Below the pieces are notes generated by a model. The model made no database searches. It was not told where the DNA came from and saw only the letters and a list, made by a program, of their open reading frames with translations. A program made the translations under genes and the position numbers. A stretch of DNA of 25,559 nucleotides from an uncultured Methanosarcinales archaeon (GTDB lineage: Archaea; Nanobdellota; Nanobdellia; Woesearchaeales; DATGWN01): contig CAZGJY010000001.1 of NCBI GenBank assembly GCA_964525725.1, forward strand, positions 1-25,559, in the 5' to 3' direction. Below, piece after piece: positions 24,125 to 25,559 of the stretch. Position 1 is the first letter of the stretch. The number at the start of each line of letters is the position of its first letter.

Positions 24125-25456
24125 TCAAAGAGCGTTGAGATACTCTTTGACGGCTTTCATCACTTCGTCGAACTTTGTCTCTGCGCATCGGAATGTGCCG
24201 GCATGCGGATGTCCGCCGCCTTCAACAAATGCGAGCGGGCATTTCTCCTGCACGATCTTGAGCAGATCCTGGAAGTTGAATGGCGTCTCATCCTGCGCGC
24301 GGAATGTGATCGAGTTCGGAGATGTTCCTAGCATCACGAGCGGTTTTGGCGCTTTCTTGTTCGTGATGAGATAGTCGCTCATCATGCTCACGATATTTCC
24401 GAGGCGTGGATACATGTCGCGCAACGTGAGATCCGAAACCGGGAAGAGTGCGTACGAAATTTTGTTCGTCTGCTCGATCTTGATGATCGGCATCGCTTGC
24501 GCAATGATGCGCTGCTCGCGGACTGCGAGTTCCGTCGACAAGAGATCGATCGTCGCAAGCTGTTTGTGCTTGTCGCCGCCGAGCAATGTGTCCATGAGTT
24601 CTCGTCCTTCGACGCCGCGCAGATTGTGCGCGGTGAAATCAATGGATTTTGCAATCTTGAGAAGCAGCTCACGATCATAGTTCGCGGATTTGACCATTTC
24701 AAAGTATGGCGCTGCGCGATCTTCTTCGACGCGGTCGCCGACGCAGGATATTGCTGCGAGCAATTCTTCGCCTTCGACATCAGGATTGATCATCTTCGAT
24801 AGCTCTGCGCAGAGGATTCCGGCGCTGTATTCGCACTCAGTCTTGAAGTGGAGCGGATTTATGTGCTTCGTGACGAGTCCGTCGACTGTCGGATCGATCG
24901 GGTGATGGTCGATGATTGCTACTTCACAGCCGTAGATCTGCAGCTGTTTGATCGGCAAGATATTCTCTGGTCCGCTGCCGAGGTCGACAAGGAGGACGAG
25001 GGGCATCTGTTCGCCGAATTTTTGTTCTAGCGAGAGGAATTGTGCGATGTCTTTTGTGACATCTTCGAGATTGTAGAACGGCGTGACGGAGGGCATTCGT
25101 TTGTATTTCTCCCAAGCTGCCTGCTTTTTGTCGTTGACGGATTCGATGAGCGGGATGATCGCTCGTTCAAGACCGATACCGGCGCAAAAACCGTCGCAAT
25201 CTGCATGATGGCGGATAAAAATGCGGCGTCGATTGCTGATCGCTTCGCGGATCGTTTTCGCAAGCGCGAGCATCTTTGGCTTGAGATTATCGAAGAAATC
25301 TGCGTTCGCCATGAACTTCGCTTCTGCGTTTGGCTCTGGCGAGATGAATCGGTCGGCGAACCGTTTCATCGGTGGCCGTGCGCCGTCTCGAAAGTTTGTG
25401 CTTGCGCTGTTTGAAAAATTTGTTGTGTTTGTTGTATTATTTGTTGGTTGATTCAT
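24125..25456 (-). CDS. RecJ-like DHH/DHHA1 phosphoesterase (COG1107-like core)
   Basis: IRHHADCDG, PFYNLEDVTKD, LVDLGSG, IIDHHP, GGGHPHAG. ATG 25456 preferred to GTG 25519. Confidence 0.85.
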   Translation of the reverse strand: MNQPTNNTTNTTNFSNSASTNFRDGARPPMKRFADRFISPEPNAEAKFMANADFFDNLKPKMLALAKTIREAISNRRRIFIRHHADCDGFCAGIGLERAIIPLIESVNDKKQAAWEKYKRMPSVTPFYNLEDVTKDIAQFLSLEQKFGEQMPLVLLVDLGSGPENILPIKQLQIYGCEVAIIDHHPIDPTVDGLVTKHINPLHFKTECEYSAGILCAELSKMINPDVEGEELLAAISCVGDRVEEDRAAPYFEMVKSANYDRELLLKIAKSIDFTAHNLRGVEGRELMDTLLGGDKHKQLATIDLLSTELAVREQRIIAQAMPIIKIEQTNKISYALFPVSDLTLRDMYPRLGNIVSMMSDYLITNKKAPKPLVMLGTSPNSITFRAQDETPFNFQDLLKIVQEKCPLAFVEGGGHPHAGTFRCAETKFDEVMKAVKEYLNAL

Positions 25457-25559
25457 TAAAATCACTGTTTTTGTTCGTACACAAAGGTACGTTTTGTACT
25501 GAGACAAAATATTGTTCACATATTGCGTTTGTTGCGCAACGGATTAGAAATTGAAAATT

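Noticed and set aside
2277-25519. Longest-ORF start sites at 2277, 5742, 6906, 11889, 16579, 18863, 20110 and 25519
   Set aside because: Downstream ATGs fit the family N-termini, the SD position or the TATA spacing better.
1-25559. CRISPR arrays, IS elements, integrases, rRNA and tRNA genes
   Set aside because: No regularly spaced repeats, transposase or integrase motifs, or cloverleaf/rRNA signatures found by eye. A tRNAscan or Infernal run would be the definitive check.

Overview
Archaeal chromosomal segment, most consistent with a DPANN lineage such as Woesearchaeota (inference from gene content). Archaeal information-processing genes: histone, aIF2-gamma, Trm5, RNase Z, AK6-type kinase, Nip7-like protein, DUF357 and a COG1107-type RecJ-like DHH protein. 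These sit alongside ribose-1,5-bisphosphate isomerase and bacterial-type genes (csaA, lgt, pgk, tmk). About 32 CDS, one probable pseudogene, and no tRNA, rRNA, CRISPR array or transposase that I can support. Single AT-richer orphan genes are scattered between the housekeeping genes. Many genes have a TATA-like box 22-24 nt before the ATG, which helps fix start codons. Best leads: (1) a ~100-nt multibranched structured element between a coiled-coil gene and the Nip7-like gene; (2) three tandem paralogous 5-TM membrane proteins of unknown function; (3) a bacterial-type Lgt in an archaeon, with His-to-Phe at a catalytic-motif position; (4) an 82-aa very Lys-rich, H1-like protein; (5) aIF2-gamma with a 116-aa His/Ser/Lys-rich N-terminal extension and a zinc knuckle lacking all four Cys; (6) a 148-codon ORF broken by one in-frame TAA. 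No database searches were run; family calls come from motif recognition.
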